Positions 40,289 through 52,251 are shown, numbered from the stretch's first letter. The stretch: DNA of 64,000 nt from an uncultured Chloroflexia bacterium (GCA_963774265.1 CAVZDU010000001.1:640001-704000); one strand, 5' to 3'. Notes: generated by a model from the sequence alone, not told the origin. Made by a program: numbers and translations.

Positions 40289-41582
40289 ATGAGAATTGCA
40301 ATCGTCGGCGCAGGTATGGCTGGCCTGGCAGCTGCATACGACCTGAACAAGGCAGGTCACGAGGTCACTGTCTACGAGGCTGCTCCGGAGGTGGGCGGCC
40401 TCGCTTCTGGTTTTAAGGCCCCCCATTGGGATTGGACCCTTGAGAAGTTCTATCACCACTGGTTTGCGGGGGATAAGGACATGCTCGGCCTGATCGCTGA
40501 GCTCGGCTGGAGCGACAAGGTTATCTTCCGCCGGCCATACACCGTCGTGCTGCTACAATGGCAAGTTCCAGGCCTTGGACTCTTATGTCGAGGCGGTCAA
40601 GTTCACTCTGCGCAACTTCGGCGTGGTTGACCTCGTCCGATTTGGGTTGGTCGGCGTTTATCTCAAATTGACGTCTGACTGGCGGCCCCTGGAACGAGTG
40701 ACGGCGGATTCCTGGCTGCGCAAGTGGGTCGGTCCGCGTATCTACAACGCGATCTGGCGGCCGATGCTCGTCGGCAAGTTCGGCGAAGAAAATCTGAACG
40801 TTGTCAACATGGCCTGGTTCTGGGCGCGCATCAAGGCGCGCACGACTCGGCTTGGGACGTTCGCCGGCGGGTTCCAGCCGTTCCTCGACATGTTTGCAGA
40901 GGATCTTCGGCGTCGGAATGTCGACATCCGCCTGAAGTCGCCGATCACGGGTATCCGCAAGCAGGACGACGGCCTCCGGGTTGAAACCGCGGGTGGGGCG
41001 GAGACATACGATGCGGTCATTTCCACCAGTTCACCTGCGCTCATGGCGAAGCTCGCGCCCGATCTCCCCGACAGTTACTCGGCTGCCCTGCGTAATCTCA
41101 AGTCGATGGGTGCGGTGGTGCTTGTCGTCACGCTCGACCGCTCCCTCTCCCCGTACTACTGGCATAACCTGCCCAAAGAGGCCGGTTTTCCATTCCTGGC
41201 CCTGGTGGAGCACACCAACTTCATGGACCGGGAGCACTATGGCGGCGATCACATCATCTACTGCGGCGACTACCTGCAGCCGGATCACGAGTACTTCTCG
41301 CTGAGCAGGGATCAGCTCCTCGATCGATTCCTGCCCGCATTTCAGCGCGTCAATCCCGATTTCGATCGCAGCTGGGTCAGGGATGCATGGCTTTGGAAGA
41401 CACCCTACGCTCAGCCGGTGCCTCCCCTCAATCACTCGCAAAACATACCGCCATTACGCACACCCGTGCCGGGCCTCTACTTTGCCAGCATGAGCCAGGT
41501 GTACCCGTGGGATCGCGGCACGAATTATGCCGTGGAGATCGGGCGACGCGTCGCGCGAATGGTGTTGGAAGATTTCGCATAA
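40289..41582 (+). CDS. FAD-dependent oxidoreductase, amine oxidase/HemY-like (frameshift near 40550)
   Basis: [24 protein letters not shown] and YPWDRGTN motifs. Confidence 0.85.
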
Positions 41583-41596
41583 GAAACGGAGACGAA

Positions 41597-42697
41597 ATGC
41601 TTTTCGGAAAGTCGAAAGACGTCACCTCTGACATGGTGCTCGGTGCACTCAAGCGCGTACAGGAGCCCGAGTTGCACCAAGACCTGGTGACGCTCAGTAT
41701 GGTGAAGGATATCCAGATGCAAGACGGCGACGTGACCTTTACCGTCACGTTGACGACTCCGGCTTGCCCTTTGAAATCGCAGATCGAGAGTGAAGCGAAG
41801 GCTGCAGTCCTGCAAGTCCCCGGCGTGAAGAACGTCACGGTGAAGTTTGACGCACAGGTGCGAGCGGATCATCGCATCAACTCCAAGCTGGACGTTCCGA
41901 TCAAGAACATCATCGCGGTGGCCAGCGGTAAGGGCGGCGTGGGCAAGACCACGATCGCGGCCAACCTGGCTGTGGCCTTGGCCCAGATGGGCGCCAAGGT
42001 CGGCATCCTTGATGCGGATATCTATGGCCCGAACGTGCCTATCGTCATGGGCGTCAACCACTTGGATGATGTCCAGTCGGATCAGATGGTGCCGCCCTAC
42101 GCGCACGGCATCCAGGTCATGTCCATCGGCTTCCTGGTGCCCGACGGCGAGGCGTTGGTCTGGCGCGGGCCGATGCTGCACAAGGCCATCGGGCAGTTGC
42201 TCACCGACGTCGCCTGGGGCGATCCCCAGGGGAAGACGCCGGACGAGCGGGAGCTCGACTATCTGATTGTGGATCTGCCCCCGGGAACGGGCGATGCGCA
42301 GATGAGCCTGGCCCAACTCGTGCCGCTGACGGGTGCGGTGATCGTGACCACGCCCCAGAATGTGGCCCTGGCCGACGCGACCCGCGGCATCACCGCCTTC
42401 AACCGGCTCGAAGTGCCTGTGCTTGGCTTGATTGAGAACATGGCTGGCGACGTGTTTGGCGTAGGCGGCGGTGAAACGGCTGCGAACAAGCTCAACATCC
42501 CGTTTTTGGGCCGTGTGAACCTGGCATCCGTTGTCCGCGAGAGCGGTGACAACGGTGAACCCGTCGTTGCCTGCTGCCCGGATACGGAACAGGCCGCAGT
42601 TTTCCGGCTGATCGCCCAACGAATTGCGGCGACCGTCAGCGTCCTGAACGCGCAGCGTCCTGCTGCACCGCGCACACCGATTAAGCTCGAACTTTAG
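41597..42697 (+). CDS. mrp: Mrp/ApbC Fe-S cluster carrier ATPase
   Basis: [36 protein letters not shown] and VTTPQ motifs. Confidence 0.93.
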   Translation: MLFGKSKDVTSDMVLGALKRVQEPELHQDLVTLSMVKDIQMQDGDVTFTVTLTTPACPLKSQIESEAKAAVLQVPGVKNVTVKFDAQVRADHRINSKLDVPIKNIIAVASGKGGVGKTTIAANLAVALAQMGAKVGILDADIYGPNVPIVMGVNHLDDVQSDQMVPPYAHGIQVMSIGFLVPDGEALVWRGPMLHKAIGQLLTDVAWGDPQGKTPDERELDYLIVDLPPGTGDAQMSLAQLVPLTGAVIVTTPQNVALADATRGITAFNRLEVPVLGLIENMAGDVFGVGGGETAANKLNIPFLGRVNLASVVRESGDNGEPVVACCPDTEQAAVFRLIAQRIAATVSVLNAQRPAAPRTPIKLEL

Positions 42698-42794
42698 GAT
42701 GGTGACCGTTTAGCGACTGAGGACACAGTGGGCTCGGAGCTTCCAGGACCTCCGGGCCCTAATTCCTGAAGTCTCTTGCAAAGGAGCAGAGGAA

Positions 42795-44957
42795 ATGGAA
42801 CACGCATCGCTTTGTCCTCCCGACGTACCTTGCCACTTGAGCTGGTGGAACATCCCCGTTCCCCTCCGCATCGTCTTCTTCGTTATCATCGGTCTGACCC
42901 TGGCTTTGATGATCTGGGGCATCGGTCGTCGCATTCAGTTGTGGCGCCGCGGCCTGGCGGAGTTCGGCCTGGACCGCCCGCTCGAACGGCTGGGCCGGAC
43001 GATCAAGTACGGCATTGCGCAGACCAGGGTTTTGCGCCAACGCTATCCTGGCGTGTTCCACTTCGCCATATTCTGGGGCATGGTGCTGCTTTTCATTGGT
43101 ACGGTCTTGGGGGCAGCGGACACCGATATTTTTGAGCTGATCTTTAAGACAAAGCTCCTCTATGGCAACTTGTACTTTTTCTACAAGGTCGTGCTCGATC
43201 TGGCCGCGTTGGGGGTGCTGATCGGCCTCGGCATGGCCATGTGGCGGCGTTATGTCATCCGACCTGCACGGCTGAACATCGACTGGCGCTTCAACCTCAC
43301 CCTGCCGCTGCTCGGCTTCATCATCCTGACCGGCCTCTTCATCGGTGCACTCCGGCTGGCGGTGCAAAATCCTGCATGGGGCCAAGCGCAGGTGATCGCC
43401 TATCCGCTGAGTTTCCTGTTCCGCGGCGGTGACGAACAGGCGCTTCTGATCGCACATCGAGTGATATGGATCGTGCACTTCCTTGCGGTCGGGGCATTTT
43501 TCGTCACCCTGCCCTTCACCAACTTGTTCCACATCTTCAGCTCGCCGGCCAACATCTTTGTTGCGCCGTTCCGCAACAAGGGCGCGTTGTGGCCGATCAA
43601 GGACCTGGAGCAGGCGGAACGACTCGGCGCGGCCAAGTTGACGGATTTTCCGCAGCCTCGCCTGGTGAACTTCGACGCCTGCACGGAGTGCGGCCGCTGT
43701 CAGGATGTGTGCCCCGCGTACGCCGCAAAGCAACCATTGAACCCGAAGTACGTCATCCTGGACCTGCGCAACTACATGACCGAGGTCAGCCCGGAGCTGC
43801 GCGCGCTGCCGCCTGCCAAGCGGCTCGCGGCCAGTGGCGCTGGCGCCCAGGCCGCGCCGGCTGCCTCCTCGAACGGTGACGGCGCGGACCAGCGAAGCAG
43901 TCCGGCGGATAAGAGCAACGGTCGCAAGATGGTGGGCGACATCATCAAGCACGAGACGCTGTGGGCGTGCACGACCTGCTTCCATTGCGTGTACGAGTGT
44001 CCGGTCCTCATCGAGCACGTCGACGCGATCGTGGATATGCGCCGATACCTGGCCCTGATGGAGGGCGACATCCCATCCAGCCTCGCGACCACGCTGACCA
44101 ACATCGAGCGTGCGGGGAATCCGTGGAAACAGTCCAAACGCAAGCGCGCGGCCTGGACGCAGGCGTTGGACTTCGAGGTGCCCATCATGGCAAACGTCGG
44201 CGAGGTGGACGTTCTGTGGTGGGTGGGCTGCGCGGGGTCCTATGATCCGCGCAACCAGAAAGTCAGCCGGGCGATGGCGACGATCCTGCACGAGGCGGGC
44301 GTCAACTACGCCATCCTGGGCGAGGAAGAGACCTGCAACGGCGACCAGGCGCGGCGCGCGGGCAATGAGTACCTGTTCCAGCAGTTAGCCGGGCAGAACA
44401 TTGAGACGCTGAATCAGTACAAGTTCAAGACCATCGTCACGCAGTGCCCCCATTGCTACAACGTGCTGCTGAACGAGTACCCGCAGCTGGGCGGAAAATA
44501 CAACGTGGTGCACCACTCGCAGTTCATCCAGAAGCTGTTGGCTGACGGCGCCATCCGCGTGCGCCGGGAGGCCGGCAGCGGTGAATCCCTGACCTACCAC
44601 GATCCATGTTACCTGGGTCGCTACAACGACGTATACGACGCGGGGCGCGAAGTGGTGACCGCCGGTGGCAAGTCGCTGGTCGAGATGGCGCGCTCGCGCG
44701 ACATGGCGATGTGCTGCGGCGGAGGCGGGGCGCGGGTCTGGATGGAGGACGAGGGCAAAGTGCGCATCAACTACAACCGCATGGGCCAGATCCTCGAAAC
44801 CGGGCAGGCGGAGGTGGCGGTGGCTTGCCCATTCTGTATGATCATGCTCGAGGATGCGCGTGGCGCGATGGACGTGGAGCAGGTCCAGATCCGTGACATC
44901 GCGGAGATCGTCGCCGAGAATCTGATCATCCAACCACGCGAACAGATCAACGCTTGA
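42795..44957 (+). CDS. FadF-like membrane Fe-S oxidoreductase (TM domain, 2x4Fe-4S, CCG domains)
   Basis: CTECGRCQDVCP, CTTCFHCVYECP, WVGC, YHDPCYLGR, CCGGGG and ACPFC motifs. Confidence 0.9.
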   Translation: MEHASLCPPDVPCHLSWWNIPVPLRIVFFVIIGLTLALMIWGIGRRIQLWRRGLAEFGLDRPLERLGRTIKYGIAQTRVLRQRYPGVFHFAIFWGMVLLFIGTVLGAADTDIFELIFKTKLLYGNLYFFYKVVLDLAALGVLIGLGMAMWRRYVIRPARLNIDWRFNLTLPLLGFIILTGLFIGALRLAVQNPAWGQAQVIAYPLSFLFRGGDEQALLIAHRVIWIVHFLAVGAFFVTLPFTNLFHIFSSPANIFVAPFRNKGALWPIKDLEQAERLGAAKLTDFPQPRLVNFDACTECGRCQDVCPAYAAKQPLNPKYVILDLRNYMTEVSPELRALPPAKRLAASGAGAQAAPAASSNGDGADQRSSPADKSNGRKMVGDIIKHETLWACTTCFHCVYECPVLIEHVDAIVDMRRYLALMEGDIPSSLATTLTNIERAGNPWKQSKRKRAAWTQALDFEVPIMANVGEVDVLWWVGCAGSYDPRNQKVSRAMATILHEAGVNYAILGEEETCNGDQARRAGNEYLFQQLAGQNIETLNQYKFKTIVTQCPHCYNVLLNEYPQLGGKYNVVHHSQFIQKLLADGAIRVRREAGSGESLTYHDPCYLGRYNDVYDAGREVVTAGGKSLVEMARSRDMAMCCGGGGARVWMEDEGKVRINYNRMGQILETGQAEVAVACPFCMIMLEDARGAMDVEQVQIRDIAEIVAENLIIQPREQINA

Positions 44958-45212
44958 GGACGCCGGTCGAAACCGGCGCCTGTTGGAGGATGAAGAACAT
45001 CTGACCACGCTCGCCACGCGCGGGTACGAACGGTGGGCAGCAAACTGGACGACACGTTGCTGCTCACGGCTGCCTGGTTTCATGACGGCCTCGGCTCGCG
45101 CTTTGCGGGACGCGGGCAAAAGAAAAAGTGTCGCCATTCTTCAACGCGCGCTGGGTGAACCCGGTCCGGGAAAATGAAGCTGTCTTGGCCAGTTCCAACT
45201 CCGAGGGACAGT

Positions 45213-47056
45213 TTAGAGTCGCAACCCAAACCCATATGGGTATAGCGGCGCCTCCGAATCGTAGGGTAAATCAGCTTTCTGGGCTCGCACGGCTGCCATC
45301 GACGCGGGCAGTTCGAAGGGGAGCTTGCCTTGCGGATATGCTCTCCCAAAGATCACATCCAGCACCGCAGCGTCGCTGGCGCCGTAGTCGGCGAGCAGAA
45401 CCTGGCTGGCCTCGCTGATTTCAGGGATGACCGCGGGGCGATCCAGGTAGATCACCACGATTGTCGGCGCCGTGCGCAGCAGGGCCAGGATCTCCCCCAA
45501 CTCCGTCCCCTTGAAGTCCAGGTCGCCGTGATGGAAACCCCGGGCAAACGGGTTCTTAGTCTCCACGGGATACCAGGGCGTCTGCAGACGCAGGACCGCG
45601 AAATCGGCCTCTCCTGGCGTGGCGACCACCTCGCCATAGCCTGCTGCGACGGACGCATCCAGGTTCTTGACGAACAGCTTCGGCCGGCCCCTCAGCGGGA
45701 GGGTCGGGCCGGCATTCTTCAGTAGCGTCATGGCCCGGCGCTGGCTGGCCGCGCCGGCCGCGTGGGAGGCCGCCGGGCCGAACGCCTCCGGCACGGCAAG
45801 GGGGTCCACAAAGGGGTCCTCGAACAGGCCCAGCTGGAACTTCTGGCGCAGCAGCCGCCGCACCGAGCGGTCGATGCGCGCCTCGGACACCAGGCCGCCT
45901 TCCACCAGTTCCACCACCAGCTCCGGCCGGCTCTCCCCGCCGAATTGATCGACCCCCGCTTCCAGCGCCTTGAGCACCCGTTCGGCCTCGCTGAGGTGTT
46001 CCACGCCCCACGCCCGCGCGGGCCAGATGGTTTCGGGGAGGTGGGCATCCGTGATCAGGCCCCAGTCCGTGCATACCACGCCGTCGTACCCGTATTTCTC
46101 GCGCAGCAGGCCCGTAATGATCGCCTTGTTGAAGGACATGGCGACGTTCTCGTCGGTCTGGTCCATCGGCACGCCGTAGTAGGGCATGATGGACGCAGTG
46201 CCTGCCGCGATTGCAGCCTCAAAAGGGATGAGGTGGTAGGCGAAGTTGTTGCCTGGGTAGATCTGGCCGCGATGGAACTCGAAGTGCGGATCCAGTCCCT
46301 CGTTCTGCGGGCCGCCGCCCGGGAAATGCTTGGTCATGCACGCGACGCTGTTAGGGCCGAGCCGAGTGCCCTGAAAGCCTTCGATGTAGGCTACGGCCAA
46401 GCGCGGCGGTGAGCTGGGCGTCCTCTCCGAAGGTGCCACTGATGCGCGCCCAGCGCGGCTCGGTCGCGAGGTCGATCTGGGGATGGAGCGCCACCCGAAT
46501 CCCCACCGCCAGGTATTCCTGCCGGACGATGTCGGCGAAGCTGCCGGACCAGATCGACGTCCCCGATCGCACCGAAGCCCAGCGTCTCGCACCACTGCGA
46601 GAAGTCGGTGGCGGCCATCGCGAAGATATTGTGGCTGAAGTGGTTGCGCGGATCGGAGGCGATCGTCACTGGGATGCCCAGCCGGGTGCTTTCGGCGAAC
46701 CGCTGGAGGTTGTTGTTCCAGGTTGCCACTGCCTGCGCGCTCGGAATCTCCCAGAGGTTGAAGTGGGTCATCTGCTGGTCGACCATCTGGGTCATGGCGC
46801 TTCGACCTGCAAGCCCCGGGGCGCCGGGCCGCTCCTCGATGGAGCCATCCTCGTTGACGATCGCGCCGTTGATGAAGAGGTGCCCCGCTTTCTCTGCGAG
46901 CGTCATCTGGCTCAGCAGATCCTCAACCCGGGCTGCGATGGGCTGGCGTGGGTCTTCGTAGACGTCCAGCCGGCCGTTCTTGTTGAGGTCACGAAAGGGG
47001 ATCCCGTCCTCTGACGACAACAAAGTGGATTGTTGGGCGTTGGTTCCTGCGGTCAT
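45213..47056 (-). CDS. GH3 beta-glucosidase (frameshifts near 46400 and 46540)
   Basis: RLGIP, SDPRN, EPRWAR, KHFPGGG, IMPYY, TDWG and GKLPF motifs. Confidence 0.9.
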
Positions 47057-47138
47057 CCTACCTCCGTGTTGGTCAGCTCATGATGAGCCATAGTGTAGCT
47101 GCCTGCAGCCCGTCCTGCAAGGCTGGCGGTCAAGCACG

Positions 47139-48953
47139 CTAGCGTAAGTTTTGTGCAATCAGAGCCGGAGTCATGGAAATCGGCTCGAAATGACAACTTT
47201 GGAAGAGCGGCAGGCTGAGCTGGACGACCCAGCTGCCGACCTGAATGATGCGACCGGCATGGAGACTATCATCCGAGAACCTTAACAAGCAACCGTTGGG
47301 TAGCCACTGGACACTGGCAGGCGTGTGAGCAGCAACCTGGACCAGCGTTTTGATGCTCGCTGTGACCGGTACGAGCCACTGGTTAGGCACTTGTCCGCAG
47401 TCATGGCACAACCAATGGGCGGCCCAGCGCAGGAAGTTGGCCGCAAAGGCGGCGAACTGTTCTTGCAGCCAGAGCGCCGGTAGGGAACGCACCTTGAGAT
47501 GGTGCATCTGGAACACGCCCTTACCTTCCTTGATGCCCGCCTCGACCGTCTGGCGACCATTGTAGAAGGCAAACCAGCCACCCAGATCTTTGGTGACAGC
47601 GTCCGACCCGAAGTGTAGGAGCGCGCCGTACCGCTCGGTCTTGCCTGTATAGAAGTGCTCAAGGGCAACATCGACCGGGTAGGGGTTGCCCTTGAAGAGC
47701 ACGCCAGACCAGGCGATCATCTCGGCATTGGCACCTACGCGCACCCAGGGCGTCGTATCCTCGATCCTATGCAGCAAACTGGCCTTGACCTTCTGACTGT
47801 AGGGTCGGGTGTAGACCTCGTAGCCCAGTTCGATCAAGCGGGCGACGTTTTCCCAGGTGCCGAACCCGGCATCCAATCGAAAGACGGCATGGATGGGGGC
47901 CGGATTGGCAGCATTCTCCCGGTTGAAGTCGTCAAGCCGCTGGCCTAAGGTCCGCTCCATAGCCCGCAAGGCCGCGAACCGCACCTGCTCACGCGCGACG
48001 CTACGCTGAGCCTGCAGAAAGCGCTGCTGCTGGCGCTGCAAGCGGCGTTCGCAGGCGGCGAGATGCGCCTGAGCCTGTGCCAGACGGCAATGCGGTCGCC
48101 CCTTGCGCTGCGCGGCCTGCTCGCTGGCGGCCATCAGGCCAGTCAAGGCGGCATTCGCCTGACCTACCTGCTCGCTGCGAGCCTGCATCAACGCCTGTGC
48201 TGCGCTGAACGCCTGGCAGCGTTGCTGAAGGCGCTGCTCAACCAGCGCCCGCTCTTGGCTCACGGCGTGCAGGCGCTGGCCCAGTAATTCGGTACGCCGT
48301 CGGGGACGCACCCCGGTCTGGCCTTCTGCAGCCAGCACCATCTCTTCGGCTACTTGACAGGAAAGCACGTTGCCCGGATGCGGCTTGACTGAGAGCCACA
48401 GTCGACCATAGGTCGGGCTCTTTAGGCTGACGACAGCCGCTTGGTAGCCGAGGCGTACCGCATCGTCCATGTGGCCAAAGGCAGCCCCGGGGTAGCTCGT
48501 GCTGGTATTGGAGACGGGTCGGCCGGTAAGATCGCCGTCGTAAATGAGCCGGCCCTCCTGGAGCAGCGCCTGCGCCACCTGATCGTCAATGAAGGGATGG
48601 CTGATTTGGCTTAAGGCAGCGGCGATCCGTTCCGCTTCCGGTTGAGTGAGCGCCTGTAAGGTCCGCCCAACGCCACTGTAGTCGGCCCAGCCGTCCTGCT
48701 GCCAGGCAGTCGCCACAACCAGGTCTTGGTCCAACGGCCGCGCATCGCGACTGATGTCCTCGAGATGCGGCAGGCCAGCCAGAATCGCCACCAGGAACTC
48801 GACCACCTTGGTTTGTGGCTGATGCGTGCGGGTCTTCTGATGCAGAGATGCCGCCATCAGGACCTGAATGAGCCCGAGATGCTGGGCGTACTGGCCCAGA
48901 AGTACCAAGAGCGCATGCTCCGTATGGCTCGGTTGAGTGGCGACTTCACGCAT
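47139..48953 (-). CDS. DDE transposase, 604 aa, with a coiled-coil insertion
   Basis: IYDGDLTG, FRLDAGFG and FYNGRQTVEAGIKEGK motifs; AAGGAGG RBS; no frameshift. Confidence 0.88.
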   Translation of the reverse strand: MREVATQPSHTEHALLVLLGQYAQHLGLIQVLMAASLHQKTRTHQPQTKVVEFLVAILAGLPHLEDISRDARPLDQDLVVATAWQQDGWADYSGVGRTLQALTQPEAERIAAALSQISHPFIDDQVAQALLQEGRLIYDGDLTGRPVSNTSTSYPGAAFGHMDDAVRLGYQAAVVSLKSPTYGRLWLSVKPHPGNVLSCQVAEEMVLAAEGQTGVRPRRRTELLGQRLHAVSQERALVEQRLQQRCQAFSAAQALMQARSEQVGQANAALTGLMAASEQAAQRKGRPHCRLAQAQAHLAACERRLQRQQQRFLQAQRSVAREQVRFAALRAMERTLGQRLDDFNRENAANPAPIHAVFRLDAGFGTWENVARLIELGYEVYTRPYSQKVKASLLHRIEDTTPWVRVGANAEMIAWSGVLFKGNPYPVDVALEHFYTGKTERYGALLHFGSDAVTKDLGGWFAFYNGRQTVEAGIKEGKGVFQMHHLKVRSLPALWLQEQFAAFAANFLRWAAHWLCHDCGQVPNQWLVPVTASIKTLVQVAAHTPASVQWLPNGCLLRFSDDSLHAGRIIQVGSWVVQLSLPLFQSCHFEPISMTPALIAQNLR

Positions 48954-49078
48954 GGCGGATTCCTCCTTAACTGAGCGGAGATTCGCCCCGAGCATAACGG
49001 TTGCCTGTCGATTATAAAAGTTCGAATTTCGGGCCGTTTTCTATGATTCGACCGCTGATTGCACAAAACCTGCGCTAG
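47139..49078 (-). mobile_element. Insertion sequence, IS1380-like, with terminal inverted repeats and CTAG at both ends
   Basis: CTAGCGTAAGTTTTGTGCAATCAG (47139-47162) and the reverse complement of 49055-49078 match at 22 of 24 positions. Confidence 0.9.
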
Positions 49079-49259
49079 CGTAGGTCGCAGCTGTAAGATT
49101 TCGCGTTTTTCGACTATGCCCACTGGTATGCTGGCGCTGATGAACAACGCGACTGAGGGCTTCTGGCGATTCGGACCGGGATTCTATGCTTGTCGTCCGC
49201 CTCAAGGGGTGCTAAAATCTCATTCAATGACTGAGCGGAGTGTTGATAGAGGTGAAGCC

Positions 49260-49572
49260 ATGACAAATACCTGGAAACAGGCTCAGGTTAACATCGGGCA
49301 ACTGATCGTGGCATCGCCTGAAATCCGGGGCAACCGGGCGCGTATTGCCGGCACGGGTGTCACGGTGCAACGCGTGGTCGGATGGTATAAGCTCGGCCTG
49401 ACGCCGGAAGAGATCAGCGATCGCGTCGGCCACCTGAACCTGGCGCAGGTGCATGCGGCGCTCGCCTACTATCATGCGAATCGCGAGCAGGTGGAGGCCC
49501 GAACTTGCGGCCGAGGAGGCCGAAGACGACCAGGCAGAGCAGGCCTTCCTCGCGCGCCGGCGGGCAGCCTGA
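49260..49572 (+). CDS. DUF433 antitoxin (one frameshift near 49500)
   Basis: PEIRGNRARIAGTGVTV and LAQVHAALAYY motifs. Confidence 0.85.
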
Positions 49573-49928
49573 TGTTTCAGCTCTACGTCGACGAAGACTC
49601 CGGGGATCGGAACCTGGTGCAGGCGCTCCGGGCGCGCGGGGTGGACGTGATCACGGCCCAGGAGGCCGGCATGATTGAGCGGACCGACGACGAGCATCTG
49701 CAGTTTGCCACGACCCGAGATCGTGTCCTCTACAGCTTCAACCGTGGCGACTTCCTGCGCCTTCACTCGCAGTACCTTGCAGAAGGCAAAGACCATGCGG
49801 GCATGCTGCTCGCGCGCCAGCAGCATTACTCGGTGGGTGAGCAGATGCGGAGGGTGCTCAAGGTCATGGCGCTCAAATCCGCGGCCGACATGCGCAACTG
49901 CGTCGAGTTCCTCAGCGCCTGGGGCTGA
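49572..49928 (+). CDS. DUF5615 PIN-like toxin
   Basis: LYVDED, DDEHL, RVLYSFNRGDF and HAGM motifs; TGATG coupling to the antitoxin. Confidence 0.85.
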   Translation: MFQLYVDEDSGDRNLVQALRARGVDVITAQEAGMIERTDDEHLQFATTRDRVLYSFNRGDFLRLHSQYLAEGKDHAGMLLARQQHYSVGEQMRRVLKVMALKSAADMRNCVEFLSAWG

Positions 49929-49939
49929 TCCGCTCTGAT

Positions 49940-50123
49940 ACTTCCCTGAAGCGTGAGCTGGCCAACCGGTTTGTCGACCACATGTTGGACAGACTGATGA
50001 AGCGTGCTCTCGTAGAAGTTGAGCGTATTCTGAGCGTGCCGTCGGCCTCACGCTGCCGCAAGAGCATCTCTATCGTTTCAGTTATGGTTAGCATTTTGCG
50101 GTCCCTGCCATAAACTTAGCCAT
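49940..50123 (-). pseudogene. Probable remnant of a tyrosine-recombinase N-terminal (SAM-like) domain
   Basis: AAGGAGGT RBS; with frame correction reads MLTITETIEMLLRQREADGxAQNTLNFYESTLHQSVQHVVDKPVGQLT; no catalytic domain follows. Confidence 0.45.
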
Positions 50124-50237
50124 GAGATACCTCCTTCATACTAAGAACAGGCGGCATTCCAGTCCGTACGAAAACGGCAAAGCGAGTTACAGACGCTTTG
50201 CGCTCTTTGCTTTAAGCTCCTCAGTGGAGGACGCGCC

Positions 50238-51268
50238 ATGCCCGCACTGACTGCTCAGCAGTTCGTCACTCGTGACCACGCCGCATCCCTTACCGTCGAG
50301 CAGCTGCTCGACATGTACGAGGTGATGCTGCTCGCGCGCAAGCTCGACGAGCGTATGTGGGTGCTGCACCGCCAGGGGAAGGTCGCCTTTCACATCTCCG
50401 GCATGGGCCAGGAGGCCTGCCAGGTCGGCGCTGCGTTCGCGATGGAGCGCGGCAAGGACTGGCTGCACCCGTATTACCGGGATATGGCCTTTGTCCTGGC
50501 CCTCGGGATGACCGCCGCGCCACCTCATGCTGGCGCTGTTCGGCAAGGCTGAGGACCCCAGCTCCGGCGGCCGCCAGATGCCTTCGCACTTCGGCTACGC
50601 TCCCTCGCCGCATCGTCTCCGGTTCCAGCCCGGTGGCGACCCAGATGCCCCAGGCCGCGGGCATTGCCTTTGCAGCGAAGCTGCGCGGGCTGGATGAGGT
50701 GGTTGTCGTCACCCTGGGCGAGGGCAGCACCAGCCAGGGCGACTTTCACGAGGCGCTCAACTGGGCCGGCATCCACTGCCTGCCGCTCATCACCCTGGTG
50801 GAGAACAACCAGTACGCCATCTCCGTGCCCCTGGAGAAGCAGATGCCCGTACCGAACGTGGCCGACCGCGGCGATGCGTACGGGATGCCGGGCGTGATGT
50901 ACGACGGCAACGACATCTTCGAGAGCTACAACGTCACGCGCGAGGCGGTTCTGCGTGCCCGCCACGGCGAGGGTGCGACCTTGCTCGAGGCGAAGACCTA
51001 TCGCCCCACGCCTCATTCCTCCGATGATGATGACCGCTCTTATCGGAGCCGCGACGAGGTGGAAATGTGGAAGAAGCGAGACCCGATCCTCGGCATGGAG
51101 AAGGTCTTGCGCAGCCGAGGAATCCTGGACGACGCGGAGGCCCAGCGCATCCGTGATCGGGTGGGGGCCAAGGTGGACGATGCAACCGAATACGCCCAAC
51201 GCGCGCCCTATCCTCGCGCCGAAGACGCGCTGCACCCGGTGTTCGGAGCGCTGCTCCATGCCGATTAG
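50238..51268 (+). CDS. bkdA1: 2-oxoacid (likely branched-chain) dehydrogenase E1 alpha (frameshifted)
   Basis: GQEACQVG, PYYRD, GEGSTSQGDFHE, ENNQYAIS and PHSSDDD motifs. Confidence 0.9.
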
Positions 51269-52242
51269 GACCGACATCGAGGCGCTGCGCGAGACAATGG
51301 CCGCAGAGATGCGCCGGGATCCCGCGATCATCATCACCGGCGAGGACGTCGGCCAGCGCGGCGGCGTGTTCCGAGCCACTGAAGGGCTGTACGCCGAGTT
51401 TGGGCCCAGCCGGGTCATCGATAGCCCTCTTTCCGAGCTGTCCATCGTCGGCGTCGGCATCGGCATGGCGCTCAACGGCATCCGGCCTATCTGCGAGATC
51501 CAGTTCGCCGACTTCATCCATCCGGCCTTCAATCAGATCGTCAACGAAGCCGCGAAGATGCGCTATCGCTCCAACGCGACCTTCAGCGTGCCGATGGTCA
51601 TCCGCGCGCCCTATGGCGGCGGCGTCAGCGGCGCGCTTTATCATTCGCAATCGATCGAGGCGTTCTTCTGCCACGTGCCGGGCCTGTACGTCCTTGCGCC
51701 CAGCACGCCGTACGACACCGCCGGCCTCTTGCGCGCCGCACTGCGCAGCCCCGATCCGGTGCTCTTTCTGGAGCACAAGAAGCTGTACCGCTCGATCAAG
51801 GGTGAGGTGCCAGACGGTGAGTTCCTCGTGCCGATCGGCAAGGCCGATGTGAAGCGCGCGGGCGACGACCTGACGATCATCTGCTATGGCTTGATGCTGC
51901 ACGAATCGCTGAAGGCCGCGGAGACCCTGGCTCGTGAGGACATCTCGGTCGAGGTGATCGACCTGCGCACGCTCTCTCCGCTGGACAAGACCGCCATATT
52001 GACCTCGGTCAAGAAGACCGGCAAGGTCCTGATCGTCCATGAGGACAACCTGACCGGCGGCCTGGGTGGGGAGATCGCCGCGATCATCGCGGAGGAGGCC
52101 TTCGAGTATCTGGACGGGCCGATCACGCGTGCTCGCCGGGCCGGATGTTCCGGCCATGCCCTTCAGCCATCCGATGCAGGACTTCTTCATGCCCAACGCC
52201 GAGAAGATCGCCGCGGCCGCACGGTCGCTCGCGGCCTATTAG
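51258..52242 (+). CDS. bkdA2: 2-oxoacid dehydrogenase E1 beta (frameshift near the 3' end)
   Basis: GEDVGQRGGVF, EIQFADF, YHSQS, FLEHK and IDLRTL motifs. Confidence 0.92.
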
Positions 52243-52251
52243 GAGCCCATC

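Noticed and set aside
49059-49928. Single fused DUF433-PIN protein shown in the ORF track
   Set aside because: One extra base near 49500 creates the fusion; the TGATG overlap at 49570-49574 indicates two genes.
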